Made by a program: the position numbers and the translations under genes. The notes below the pieces were generated by a model. It was not told where the DNA came from. It saw only the letters and a program-made list of their open reading frames with translations, and made no database searches. Below are positions 29,892-38,715 of a stretch of DNA of 64,000 nucleotides, in pieces. Position 1 is the stretch's first letter; the number at the start of each line of letters is the position of its first letter. This stretch comes from an uncultured bacterium. GTDB taxonomy: Bacteria; Patescibacteriota; Microgenomatia; Levybacterales; UBA12049. Location of the stretch: NCBI GenBank assembly GCA_963826535.1, contig CAWGXL010000002.1, forward strand, positions 96,654-160,653, in the 5' to 3' direction.

Positions 29892-31133
29892 GTGTTTATA
29901 AAAAATAAAAGTTTTTTACTACTGGGATTATTAATTTTTATTGCTATTTTAATCCGCACCATCCACTTTCCAGAATATTTAAATTTTTCTCATGATCAGG
30001 GCGATTTTTCACTAAGGGCGTTTGAATTATACCAAACAAAATCAGTTGTCTTGATTGGGCCATCCACATCATTTATATGGAACGGACATGAATTTTATCA
30101 GGGATCAGTTATCTACTATATGTTTCTGCTTTTTCTATTACCTGCCAACTTCGATCCAATGAATGCTTCCTATTTATTTATGATATTTGCTGTAATAATG
30201 ATTATCCCGCTTTTTTTGGGCGTAAAGTATCTGCTAAATGAAAAATCTGCGTATCTGATTTCAGTCTTTTATGCGCTCCTGCCTTTATATATAGATTATA
30301 CAAAATTTTTATGGAACCCTAATTTCCAATTTGCATTATTACCTGTACTAGTCTTTCTTATGGGAATGTATCAGAAGTATAAAAGCACCATTTTATTTTT
30401 ATTTATTGGAGTATGGTTGGGGTTTTTACTAATGTTTCATTATCAGTTTGCACTTATTATTCTGGGAATAATGATCTATTATTTCGTTATAAAAAAAGAA
30501 AAAATAAAATTACTTCCATTATTAGTTTTAGGACTCGCGATTGGCTTCTCGCCGATAATTTTATTTGAACTGCGGAATAATTTTTATAATTTGAGAACGA
30601 TTTTATTAATCCTACCTCATTTCAACGAAATACATGAACCGAATAGCATATTACCGGTCCACTATTTTTTAAGTATATCTTTATTCGCTTTGATAATAAT
30701 TATCAGTTTTTTCAAACGTTTTATAACTTACCCGTTAATTATTTCAATATGTTTAATCCTATTTTTTTACTCACTTGTATTTTATAGTCTGAAGCTCGAA
30801 GCATTCAGTAATGAAACCGACTTGAAGTATCAAGGCTTACAAAAAATAGCGATAAAGATTAAAAAAGATGCCCCATCGAATTTTAATATCGTTGATCAAC
30901 ACACCCGAGACAATCAAGCAGCTGCCTTGAGATATCTCCTTACAGTTCAGTCTGTTGTACCTAATTCAAAAGATGATTACCATTCAGCCAATACGCTTTA
31001 TATTTACTCAAAAGAATCATTAGAAGATCTACTAAGAAATCCAATCTATGAAATTAAATCCTTTTTGCCTTATAAAAAAGCTACTTCTAGAAGAATAGAC
31101 AATCAATTATTTCTCTATACTCTTACTAAATAA
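29892..31133 (+). CDS. ArnT/GT39-like membrane glycosyltransferase
   Basis: FSHDQGD, LIGP, WNPN, FHYQ and many TM segments. Confidence 0.8.
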   Translation: MFIKNKSFLLLGLLIFIAILIRTIHFPEYLNFSHDQGDFSLRAFELYQTKSVVLIGPSTSFIWNGHEFYQGSVIYYMFLLFLLPANFDPMNASYLFMIFAVIMIIPLFLGVKYLLNEKSAYLISVFYALLPLYIDYTKFLWNPNFQFALLPVLVFLMGMYQKYKSTILFLFIGVWLGFLLMFHYQFALIILGIMIYYFVIKKEKIKLLPLLVLGLAIGFSPIILFELRNNFYNLRTILLILPHFNEIHEPNSILPVHYFLSISLFALIIIISFFKRFITYPLIISICLILFFYSLVFYSLKLEAFSNETDLKYQGLQKIAIKIKKDAPSNFNIVDQHTRDNQAAALRYLLTVQSVVPNSKDDYHSANTLYIYSKESLEDLLRNPIYEIKSFLPYKKATSRRIDNQLFLYTLTK

Positions 31134-31178
31134 ATCTACGGAATGCATGATTCTAAATTTATTTAATAAACTCCCTTC

Positions 31179-31213
31179 AGCTCCGCCTGGTGAAAAATGT
31201 CCGAACCTATTTT
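31179..31213 (+). repeat. Cassette-boundary repeat type A
   Basis: ag ctc cgc ctg gtg aaa aat gtc cga acc tat ttt (LRLVKNVRTYF). Confidence 0.75.
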
Positions 31214-31307
31214 ATGTATTCCCGTCTGCCTTTTTTTGCTCGGTTTCAATCGTCTCGAGAAATTTTTTAGGATTCTGATTTGTAGCTTGTGTTTTTAATT
31301 CCGCCAT
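31212..31307 (-). pseudogene. Truncated DUF1801 paralogue
   Basis: MAELKTQATNQNPKKFLETIETEQKKADGNT* is homologous to the N-terminus of 23867..24286 (MSELKTKATSQSVTEFLNTVEPDEKRS). Confidence 0.7.
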
Positions 31308-31345
31308 AGGTTTATCCTCTCAAAAGAGGAAAGTATTATTCCTCT

Positions 31346-32650
31346 TCAATTTTTGTGATTTTTCAATGTAAAATTTACCCTAGATGATATCCCCTTGGTC
31401 AACGTTTGCATATCCTTACTGAAATGCTTCCAATCAATAAATTCAGAGGCGATGAAAAATAGGCTTACTACAGAGATCAGCTGAATCCGATACGTAAACC
31501 ACACATGTATATAAGAGTGGTTTGCAGCTATTAGATACCAGCCATAAGGCATAAAGCCAATAAGTATCCATGGGAGAATGTTTTTAATTTTCTGCTTATC
31601 AAAACGGAAATACTTTATCAAGAAGAGGAGAAGTAAAATTGCAAAAGACAAAACAATAACTTTATTGGTTTTATTATATCCAATCAGCTGAAAAAAGTTC
31701 AGCTTAATGACAGCAAGGTGGCTGAAGTTTGCGTCTGCCTGAGTAATGGTCCGGTTCATGATTTGATGTAATGCTGTCGAGATGGCTTGAGGAGTAAAAA
31801 ATAATTGAACCAACGCCCACTTGCTAAACCATAATGATAGATATCCCAGCGACCAGAAGAAAGCATGCAATAAAATGCGCATTATGTTTTTATCTACCGA
31901 TGCGGTAATAAGAAGTATAAGCCCCAGAGTCACAAGTGGTGCAGTTAAAAGATCAAAAAAAGTTGTTATTGCCCCAACAATAAAAAAGATGAGATAATGC
32001 AGCTGATTCTTATGCAGCGGTTTTTTAAGAAGGATTACAGCGCTGAGCAATGCGATTAAAAAAACAGCCGAGAATTGCATTGATCTGCTTAGATAGAAAT
32101 AATCCACTGAAAGGAGCCCCAAAACAAAAAAGGCTGTTTTCTTTCTTCCTAATCTTTTCCATGATAATGTGACGAATAACGCAAAAGCTACTAAATGAGC
32201 GGCGGTAAGGAGTATCCTGATCTCATTGTATGAAAATATGGTCAATAGCGGCCGCAAATAGACCAGATATCCGTGCCAGTATCTCTCATTTCCTGTTTGC
32301 GGCTTTGCGTTTTCTGTATATAACTTTTTTAAATTTGCTACTTGATTTACGCTATCAACTTCTGCTTCATACCTATAATTAACAAAAGCAGACCAGGCTG
32401 GCTTACTCTCGTCCACCGAATAAGCTGTATTTAGCATAATTGAATCCGTAAAGTTGTCGAGACCTATTTGCCGCCAAGGTACTCCGAAAACTGGATAAAT
32501 CCCCTCTTTTTCCATTACGCTTATTGACTTAGCAATATTACTTTCCAAATATGATGATGGAATCATACACGCCAAAATCAAAGATAGCGCAAAAGCTGAT
32601 AATAAAATAAGATAGGTTGCCAGCAATTGGTAGATAATTTTTACAATCAT
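31346..32650 (-). CDS. Multi-TM membrane protein (possible GT-C/GtrII-like)
   Basis: DNFTDSIML, RYWHGY, FFDLLTAP, NHSYIHVWFTYR. Confidence 0.65.
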   Translation of the reverse strand: MIVKIIYQLLATYLILLSAFALSLILACMIPSSYLESNIAKSISVMEKEGIYPVFGVPWRQIGLDNFTDSIMLNTAYSVDESKPAWSAFVNYRYEAEVDSVNQVANLKKLYTENAKPQTGNERYWHGYLVYLRPLLTIFSYNEIRILLTAAHLVAFALFVTLSWKRLGRKKTAFFVLGLLSVDYFYLSRSMQFSAVFLIALLSAVILLKKPLHKNQLHYLIFFIVGAITTFFDLLTAPLVTLGLILLITASVDKNIMRILLHAFFWSLGYLSLWFSKWALVQLFFTPQAISTALHQIMNRTITQADANFSHLAVIKLNFFQLIGYNKTNKVIVLSFAILLLLFLIKYFRFDKQKIKNILPWILIGFMPYGWYLIAANHSYIHVWFTYRIQLISVVSLFFIASEFIDWKHFSKDMQTLTKGISSRVNFTLKNHKN

Positions 32651-32796
32651 ACGGTAATTCTACAATGAAAGCTCTACTAATTCAAAGAACGAGTGGTAGG
32701 GAATGGAAGGTAAATTGGCAGGAAGCGGAGCCTGTCTTTATTGCTCCAAAAGAGTTTTCACTTGCTGGCCGATAGAAGAAGACCTAAAAAATAATG

Positions 32797-32940
32797 TTGC
32801 TCCCCCAGCCGAGGATTAGTATAAATATAGACTTTACGGCTATTATACAGGCTTTTCAGGATATTCGATATATGGGAGAACTAAGACAAAGGTGGAGTGA
32901 AATTAAAAAGTTACAAGTTGATAGTTTTGCTTTTACTTAA
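32797..32940 (+). repeat. Cassette-boundary repeat type B (start-less 47-codon tail)
   Basis: LLPQPRISINIDFTAIIQAFQDIRYMGELRQRWSEIKKLQVDSFAFT*. Begins ttgctcccccagccgagga, resembling the tRNA 3' end tggctcccccgcgagga. Confidence 0.8.
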
Positions 32941-33490
32941 TAACTTTTAATAGAACACTCGTTCTTACTGTTGTTACCTCTTCTACTTTTATTTTTTCAA
33001 GCTTTACCTTATCTGTGTCTATATTTTCAAATAGTCTTAGGCCTTTTCCAAGGAGAACAGGCATAATATCTATCTGCAACTCATCGCATAGCCCAGCATT
33101 AAGGCATTGCTGAATGGTGCTTGCGCCTATTACCTGAACATCTTTCTCACTCGCTGCTTTCTTTGCCTTAAGAATTGCACTCTCAATACCATCAGTTACA
33201 AATGTAAAAGTAAGTTTGTCATTTCCTTTGGGATACTTTGCTGGAGGTGTATGTGTCAAGACAAAAATGGGAGTTTGAAATTCATAGTCATCGTTAGCCC
33301 ACGAAAATGGGTCTGCCATCTCATACACATGTCTCCCCATAATAACAGCACCTGTGTTTTTAATCATTTCCTGAAAAGTTGGAGCATCATGGAGTTCACT
33401 AAAATCTGAATAAAGCTTTTCCACACTTCCATTACTGTCATTGATAAACCCGTCCAAAGACATGGTCATACCAGCGATTACTTTTCCCAT
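32933..33490 (-). CDS. Dihydrofolate reductase-like (RibD C-terminal) protein
   Basis: MSLDGFI, GAVIMGR, PIFVLTH, DELQIDIMPVLLGKGLRLF. Confidence 0.9.
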   Translation of the reverse strand: MGKVIAGMTMSLDGFINDSNGSVEKLYSDFSELHDAPTFQEMIKNTGAVIMGRHVYEMADPFSWANDDYEFQTPIFVLTHTPPAKYPKGNDKLTFTFVTDGIESAILKAKKAASEKDVQVIGASTIQQCLNAGLCDELQIDIMPVLLGKGLRLFENIDTDKVKLEKIKVEEVTTVRTSVLLKVIK

Positions 33491-33520
33491 AGAAGAATTA
33501 TATCAAATGAAGCATCTTAA

Positions 33521-33583
33521 ATCCGAAAAAATCCATAGAAAACCAAAGCAATGCTCCACCTGTATAAGAGCGTCTAAATATTT
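33521..33583 (+). repeat. ATCCGAAAAAATCCATAGAAAAC motif plus type A boundary repeat
   Basis: atccgaaaaaatccatagaaaac...tg ctc cac ctg tat aag agc gtc taa. Confidence 0.65.
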
Positions 33584-33633
33584 TAAATCAAACTAAAAGT
33601 TAAAAGATTTTGATATAATTCTAATTAATTACT

Positions 33634-34413
33634 ATGATAGACGGTCAAGAACAACCTAGTAAGACCCGCATTGAGGCAATTCAGCATATGTCTAATGAAG
33701 CTTTTGCAAGAAAGTATTCTACTGAAACTACTCCCCCTAGTCACTTCTCAGATAAAATAGGTTATTTTATTACCAATGAAAACGATTATCCATGGTCGTT
33801 GAAAGATATTAAAGTACGTGGAGGAATTCATCTTGCCGTTATGGGAGGGGTTGATCCCGTTTTAGGTCAGATAGCAGCAGCTTCTCCTGATTTAACAATA
33901 ATGATCGACATCAACCAAAGTTCCCTACAGGTTACTACGGAAGGAAGAATAAAACCCATTGCAGAATCACAAAATAGTACAGAATATTGGAGAAAAGTAG
34001 GAGATTATTTCAATAATACCGTAAAAAAGATTAATCCAAATCGCTGGGACTTCCCTATAGATCAAGACAGTATGAATGGTGGATGGTCATCCCCTGAGCA
34101 TTTTCCTAAAGTGAAAGACGCGGTAGCCAGAGGTAGAGTCAAATGGGCAGCAGGAGATTTAACCAAAGATGGAATTGAATTGGCATTGAAGTTAGCCAAT
34201 GAAACAGAAAGCCAAGTTCGGCTAGTCTATGTTTCTAATATTTTTGACTACTCCAAGCATAATAAAGAGGAGTTTGCAAAAAGATTAGCTAAAGGAATTG
34301 AAGAAGGGACATTAGATCCTCACGCGCAAATTATTCATACTGCTTCGATAGAAGGACTTAAGACCGAGATTTACGATGTCGCAGATTACATACATGCTAA
34401 TACTTCAGAATAA
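33634..34413 (+). CDS. Hypothetical protein, possibly Rossmann/methyltransferase-like
   Basis: 259-aa ORF with IMIDIN, AAGDLT, VYVSNIFDY. Confidence 0.6.
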   Translation: MIDGQEQPSKTRIEAIQHMSNEAFARKYSTETTPPSHFSDKIGYFITNENDYPWSLKDIKVRGGIHLAVMGGVDPVLGQIAAASPDLTIMIDINQSSLQVTTEGRIKPIAESQNSTEYWRKVGDYFNNTVKKINPNRWDFPIDQDSMNGGWSSPEHFPKVKDAVARGRVKWAAGDLTKDGIELALKLANETESQVRLVYVSNIFDYSKHNKEEFAKRLAKGIEEGTLDPHAQIIHTASIEGLKTEIYDVADYIHANTSE

Positions 34414-34465
34414 TTAGATTCAATCCTCCCAACCGTTGTATTCCAAAAATGAGGCTAAAATATTC

Positions 34466-34497
34466 TGCTCCTTGGGCTAGACAGTGTTAGAACCTAA
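34466..34497 (+). repeat. Cassette-boundary repeat type A
   Basis: tg ctc ctt ggg cta gac agt gtt aga acc taa (LLGLDSVRT*). Confidence 0.7.
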
Positions 34498-34511
34498 TGC
34501 CTGAAGACTTA

Positions 34512-34862
34512 TTATTTCCGCAAAATCTTCTCCATCGCTTTGCCCTTTGATAACTCATCGATCAGCTTATCCAAATAGCGAATTGCCTGCATAGTTGGCT
34601 CTTCGATGTCTTCTACTCGGACACCGCAGATCACACCTTTGATCAAAGCCCGCGAAGGATTAAGCTTCGGAGCTTCCGCAAAGAAGGTCTCAAAGTCTGT
34701 CTTTTTTTCCAGTTGCGCTCTCAACTCTTCCTGGCCATACCCTGTCAGCCAACGGATGATTTCATTAACTTCTGTTTTTGTACGTCCTTTTTTCTCCGCC
34801 TTAGCAACATAAAAGGGATAGACACTCGCGAAGCTCATTGTATAAATTCGATGTTTTATCAT
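34512..34862 (-). CDS. DUF2200 family protein
   Basis: [36 protein letters not shown]. Confidence 0.9.
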   Translation of the reverse strand: MIKHRIYTMSFASVYPFYVAKAEKKGRTKTEVNEIIRWLTGYGQEELRAQLEKKTDFETFFAEAPKLNPSRALIKGVICGVRVEDIEEPTMQAIRYLDKLIDELSKGKAMEKILRK

Positions 34863-34911
34863 GATACCTCCTTGCTTCTATAGTTTTCTTTATTTTATCA
34901 CGAGAATATAG

Positions 34912-34946
34912 GGCTCCGCCTGTTAGAAAATACCAGAATCTATTTC
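34912..34946 (+). repeat. Cassette-boundary repeat type A
   Basis: gg ctc cgc ctg tta gaa aat acc aga atc tat ttc (LRLLENTRIYF). Confidence 0.75.
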
Positions 34947-34957
34947 TTTACTTTACG

Positions 34958-35290
34958 TTAATCACAATTAGGAACGCCCATAAAGCAAGGCCATTGGTCA
35001 ACAATCCAGCTTCCCCAAATATAAGCAATAAGTGCCAGACCCGCGACTCGCAATAAAAAGTTTATAGGATTTTTTGTTAAAGATTTTCCAGACGTTATGT
35101 TTTTTACAATTGGTGCGAGTATTAGTACGAAAACTGTTTGAAGCAACCAAGTAAAGGTAAAAAGAGCCACAGGAAAGCCTTTGTTAAATTTCCATCTATT
35201 TACAAGCTCAAGAGCGATAAAAGGGATAAGAAAAATAAAACCTAAAGCTGCCGCCGAGATAAAAGTGGATTTTTCAAGAAGTTTTTGCAT
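34958..35290 (-). CDS. Three-TM membrane protein ending DQWPCFMGVPNCD
   Basis: Hydrophobic ORF with a leaderless start at 35290 (TGTATAAT-6nt-ATG). Confidence 0.7.
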   Translation of the reverse strand: MQKLLEKSTFISAAALGFIFLIPFIALELVNRWKFNKGFPVALFTFTWLLQTVFVLILAPIVKNITSGKSLTKNPINFLLRVAGLALIAYIWGSWIVDQWPCFMGVPNCD

Positions 35291-35314
35291 AATGTAATTA
35301 TACAAAATTGACCT

Positions 35315-35349
35315 TGATCCGCCTAATGGACGAATTCAGAACCTATTTT
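35315..35349 (+). repeat. Cassette-boundary repeat type A
   Basis: tg atc cgc cta atg gac gaa ttc aga acc tat ttt (IRLMDEFRTYF), 1 nt from the stop of the next gene. Confidence 0.75.
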
Positions 35350-35350
35350 A

Positions 35351-35946
35351 CTAAAACGAGCCGGTTTTAACTTTTCCAAAGCGCTTATAGTTTGCGAATA
35401 TTATTCCGCTTGGAGAAGTTTTAGATTCTAATAATTTAAAGGCTGCTGGAATAGTACCATTATCAAACAAGCGTTTTCCCTTCCCAAGAGTTATTGGGAA
35501 AATTTTTAGCCAAAGCTCATCGACTAAATCATTTTTAAGAAGTGTTTGAATTAAATTTCCGCTGCCGTAAACTTTAAAATCCGGACCATCTTGTTGTTTA
35601 AGTTTTTTTAATTCTTCAACTACATTGTTGTTTATGAACACAGAGTTACTCCATTTGTGTTTTTTAAGAGAATTTGAAACAACATACTTTGTAGCATCGT
35701 TAACACCGGGCCATGCATTTTCATGCTGGGGCCAATAAGAAGCAAATATCTCAAACGTTTTTCTGCCAAGAAGTAAGCTGAAAGGCTGCTTCATCTGCTC
35801 GGCCATGACTTTTCCTGAAAAATCATCAAAATAAGGGGCAGTCCACCCACCGTATTTAAAATCACCTGAGGTATCTTCTTCTGGTCCGCCGGGGGCTTGC
35901 ATAACACCATCAAGCGTAATAAATTCAAGAACAACTATCTTTCTCA
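35351..35946 (-). CDS. Dihydrofolate reductase-like (RibD C-terminal) protein
   Basis: MRKIVVLEFITLDGVMQAPGG, LLLGRKTF, GSGNLIQTLL. Likely start is 35946. Confidence 0.9.
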
Positions 35947-35984
35947 TATAGCTATTATAACATACGATTTTGAGGATAATTTTT

Positions 35985-36019
35985 AGCTCCACCTCATGGA
36001 CAACGTCAGAACCTTTTTT
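35985..36019 (+). repeat. Cassette-boundary repeat type A
   Basis: ag ctc cac ctc atg gac aac gtc aga acc ttt ttt (LHLMDNVRTFF). Confidence 0.75.
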
Positions 36020-36139
36020 ATGAATTCTATATGAAGGAGGCCTCAAAATAACACTAAATATTGAATAACGGTAATAATATATTGACAAACGATAAGATAT
36101 TTATTATGATAAGGCTATCTAATACTAAGTGAGGTATTT

Positions 36140-36617
36140 ATGAAAAAAGGTTCAACATTATTCTTAAAAGTAGTAATTTTACTTATCGCAATTGGCGTGC
36201 TTGCATGGCTGATTTGGTTTCCTCAAATTGAAGGAAGAGCTGCTAACTTAGATCTAATCAGTATTTATACAGATCCGCTTATTATCTATGGTTATATAGC
36301 TTCAATCCCATTTTTTGTTGCGTTATATCAGGCATTTAAGCTTTTAGGCTATATTGATAGCAATAAAGTTTTTTCTCAATCATGCAGTGAAAGCAGTGAG
36401 GAATATAAAATACTGTGCAATCATAATCAGTGGCTTAATTGTGCTAGGAATACTATACATAAGGTTATTTGTTAACGGTGACGACCCGGCAGGTCCTACT
36501 GCCTTGGGCATTTTTACTACTTTTGCTTCTATCGTAATTGCAACTGCTGCTGCTGTTTTTCAAAGACTTCTCCAAAATGCCGTAGACATAAAATCAGAAA
36601 ATGATTTAACTGTATGA
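36140..36617 (+). pseudogene. DUF2975 membrane protein split by a +1 frameshift near 36383
   Basis: MKKGSTLFLK...NKVFSQ continues in another frame as AVKAVRNIKYCA...IKSENDLTV. Span is 478 = 3n+1. Confidence 0.8.
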
Positions 36618-36626
36618 GGTGCAATT

Positions 36627-36833
36627 ATGGCAATAATAATAAATATCGATGTCATGCTGGCAAAGCGAAAAATGAGCGTCACTGAACTTACAGAGAAGGT
36701 TGGTATAACCATGGCTAATCTTTCCATCTTGAAAAATGGAAAGGCAAAAGCTATCCGTTTCTCAACTTTGGAAGCGATTTGCAAAGCCTTAGATTGTCAG
36801 CCTGGAGATATTCTGGAATACAAAAACGACTAA
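36627..36833 (+). CDS. Cro/C1-type HTH regulator (YozG-like)
   Basis: IIINIDVMLAKRKMSVTEL...KAKAIRFSTLEAICKALDCQPGDILEY, the usual DUF2975 partner. Confidence 0.92.
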   Translation: MAIIINIDVMLAKRKMSVTELTEKVGITMANLSILKNGKAKAIRFSTLEAICKALDCQPGDILEYKND

Positions 36834-36883
36834 AACGCCGACGGATAATTTTGGACGATCGATTTAATGGTTGTTTCAATACC

Positions 36884-37030
36884 TTGCTCCGTGAGCCTTG
36901 GATTAATATAACCCTAGACTTTGAAGCTATTATACACGCATTTCAGGACTTACACTATATTGGGGAAATGCGGCAAAGGTGGAATGAGATCAAAAAACTA
37001 CATGTCGGTGTTCCATTATCAACTATTTAG
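36884..37030 (+). repeat. Cassette-boundary repeat type B (start-less 48-codon tail)
   Basis: LLREPWINITLDFEAIIHAFQDLHYIGEMRQRWNEIKKLHVGVPLSTI*, homologous to 32797..32940. Confidence 0.8.
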
Positions 37031-37173
37031 AGTGTAATGGTTAGTCAAAAAACGAGCAACTTACAAAAAAGAATTCTGACGACCATATATGTAGGAGGTG
37101 AGTGTGAAAATATAGTTTCAGTTATGGAATCGCTTACCCATTTTGGACTTAGAACAATGTTTGAAAGACTATT

Positions 37174-37603
37174 TCATTTAGTAGGAGAAAATTCAATGAT
37201 CCACTCAATACCGTATTTATCTCGAAACATACCCGCATATGAGCCCCACGGACTGTCTCCTATAGATCCTTCTACTTCTCCTCCAGCCGAAAGGCCAGTA
37301 AATAATCTGTCCGCCTCTTCTTTACTTTCCGTACTTACCAAAATTTTGCTTCGATTTTCATGCTCATTTACTCGCCCCAAAACCTCCGGAACATCATTGG
37401 CTATCAGCATAGTACTGATACCAATAGGTAAGGCAATATGCATTATTTTATTTTCTTCTTTTTCTGGCACTGGGAATTCAGTCACTCGCAATGTCTTTGA
37501 AACGTACTACTTTCGCAAACTCTCCGCCGAATACTGATTTATAAAACGTAAATGCTTCTTCTGCATTACCGTTGAAGTTAATCCAAGGATTTATTGTTGC
37601 CAT
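37174..37603 (-). pseudogene. PhnB-like VOC protein split by a +1 frameshift near 37481
   Basis: MATINPWINFNGNAEEAFTFYKSVFGGEF...DIAS, then a shifted frame EFPVPE...IMHIALPI...WGSYAGMFRDKYGIEW. Span is 430 = 3n+1. Confidence 0.8.
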
Positions 37604-37650
37604 ACGTTATATGATATCAAATTAAAGTAATTTGATAAAGAGCTTTTATT

Positions 37651-37725
37651 TGGCTCCCCCGCGAGGACTCGAACCTCGAACCAATCGATTAACAGTCGAT
37701 TGCTCTACCATTGAGCTACAGGGGA
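37651..37725 (-). tRNA. tRNA-Asn(GTT) with encoded CCA
   Basis: Reverse complement TCCCCTGTAGCTCAATGGTAGAGCA-ATCGA-CTGTTAA-TCGAT-TGGTTCGAGGTTCGAGTCCTCGCGGGGGAGCCA. Confidence 0.97.
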
Positions 37726-37802
37726 ATGTCAAAAGTTCCTGCCGGGTTTGAAGCGGCGGAACGTATCCGTTATTTTATCATTAAAGAATGCATAAATCCA
37801 TA

Positions 37803-38711
37803 CTAAATCTTCCACCCAAGCTCTATCTTAATCTCCTTCACTGCTTTTTCATATTTGTCTTTCGTTAGCTGGTTATTTAATATGCAATACTTTTTACTAG
37901 TTAGTCCAAAGCAACCGATGCAATCAGAGCAGTTTGTTAGCCTTTCACTATAGTAACAATTTGAGCAACCTTGACTTGATACAAGAAACGCAGAGTCATA
38001 GCAGTCGGTTACCTCTATCGTTTCATAACATCGCTCGCATGCAGTTTTTATTACAGGGTTTCCATATGTGAAAAGGACATCCCAACAATTCTTTGTGTTA
38101 AAACCACTATTATACATATATCCGCAGTTTTCAGCAGTATAAGTATTAAAGCCCCAATAACAGTTCTTTGAATCATATATGTAATCTCCATATGGACTGT
38201 TTTCGCTATTAAGTTGAATGCTTGCAGGATGTGGAATCTGTTTTTTTAACTCAAACATTTGTTTTAGAATTTTTTCAGGTTTTTCCTTATTTAGTACTTC
38301 CACCTTTTTCAAATATTCATCTTTGGTATATTGCCGGTTAAATATACAATATTTTTTATGAGTTAGTGCAACACAACCAAAACAATCAGTGCAAGTGTTT
38401 AAAAATGATGAATAATGGCAATCAGTAGAGTTATTACAATTTATAAGATAAGTACAGCTATTACAATTATTGCAATCAATAGATTCATAACATTTTTCTG
38501 AGAATACCATCTGATAAGAATCTACGACCTTATTACCATTTGCCAATGTTGTATAGATAGAATCTGATAGTTCTAATACACAGAAGCAGTAAAAGCAATT
38601 CTTGATATTATCTACAAAATCTACGTATACACTATCAACAGCTGAGCGAATCATAGCAGACGGTACAGGAATCGATTTTTTCAGAAGTTCATATTTTTCC
38701 AGAAAATTCAT
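37803..38711 (-). CDS. Cysteine-rich repeat protein (paralogue 1)
   Basis: Repeated CxxCxxC and CFGCV..KKYCI(F/L)N motifs in two halves. Likely start MNFLEKY at 38711. Confidence 0.8.
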   Translation of the reverse strand: MNFLEKYELLKKSIPVPSAMIRSAVDSVYVDFVDNIKNCFYCFCVLELSDSIYTTLANGNKVVDSYQMVFSEKCYESIDCNNCNSCTYLINCNNSTDCHYSSFLNTCTDCFGCVALTHKKYCIFNRQYTKDEYLKKVEVLNKEKPEKILKQMFELKKQIPHPASIQLNSENSPYGDYIYDSKNCYWGFNTYTAENCGYMYNSGFNTKNCWDVLFTYGNPVIKTACERCYETIEVTDCYDSAFLVSSQGCSNCYYSERLTNCSDCIGCFGLTSKKYCILNNQLTKDKYEKAVKEIKIELGWKI

Positions 38712-38715
38712 AATC

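Noticed and set aside
35947-36088. N-terminal extension of the DHFR-like ORF to 36088
   Set aside because: Family homology and a leaderless promoter place the start at 35946. The extension crosses a boundary repeat.
21621-37030. Boundary repeats as a CRISPR array or classical integron attC sites
   Set aside because: Spacing is gene-sized and the copies are too divergent for CRISPR. They are not palindromic, lack paired RYYYAAC/GTTRRRY ends, and no cas or intI gene is present.
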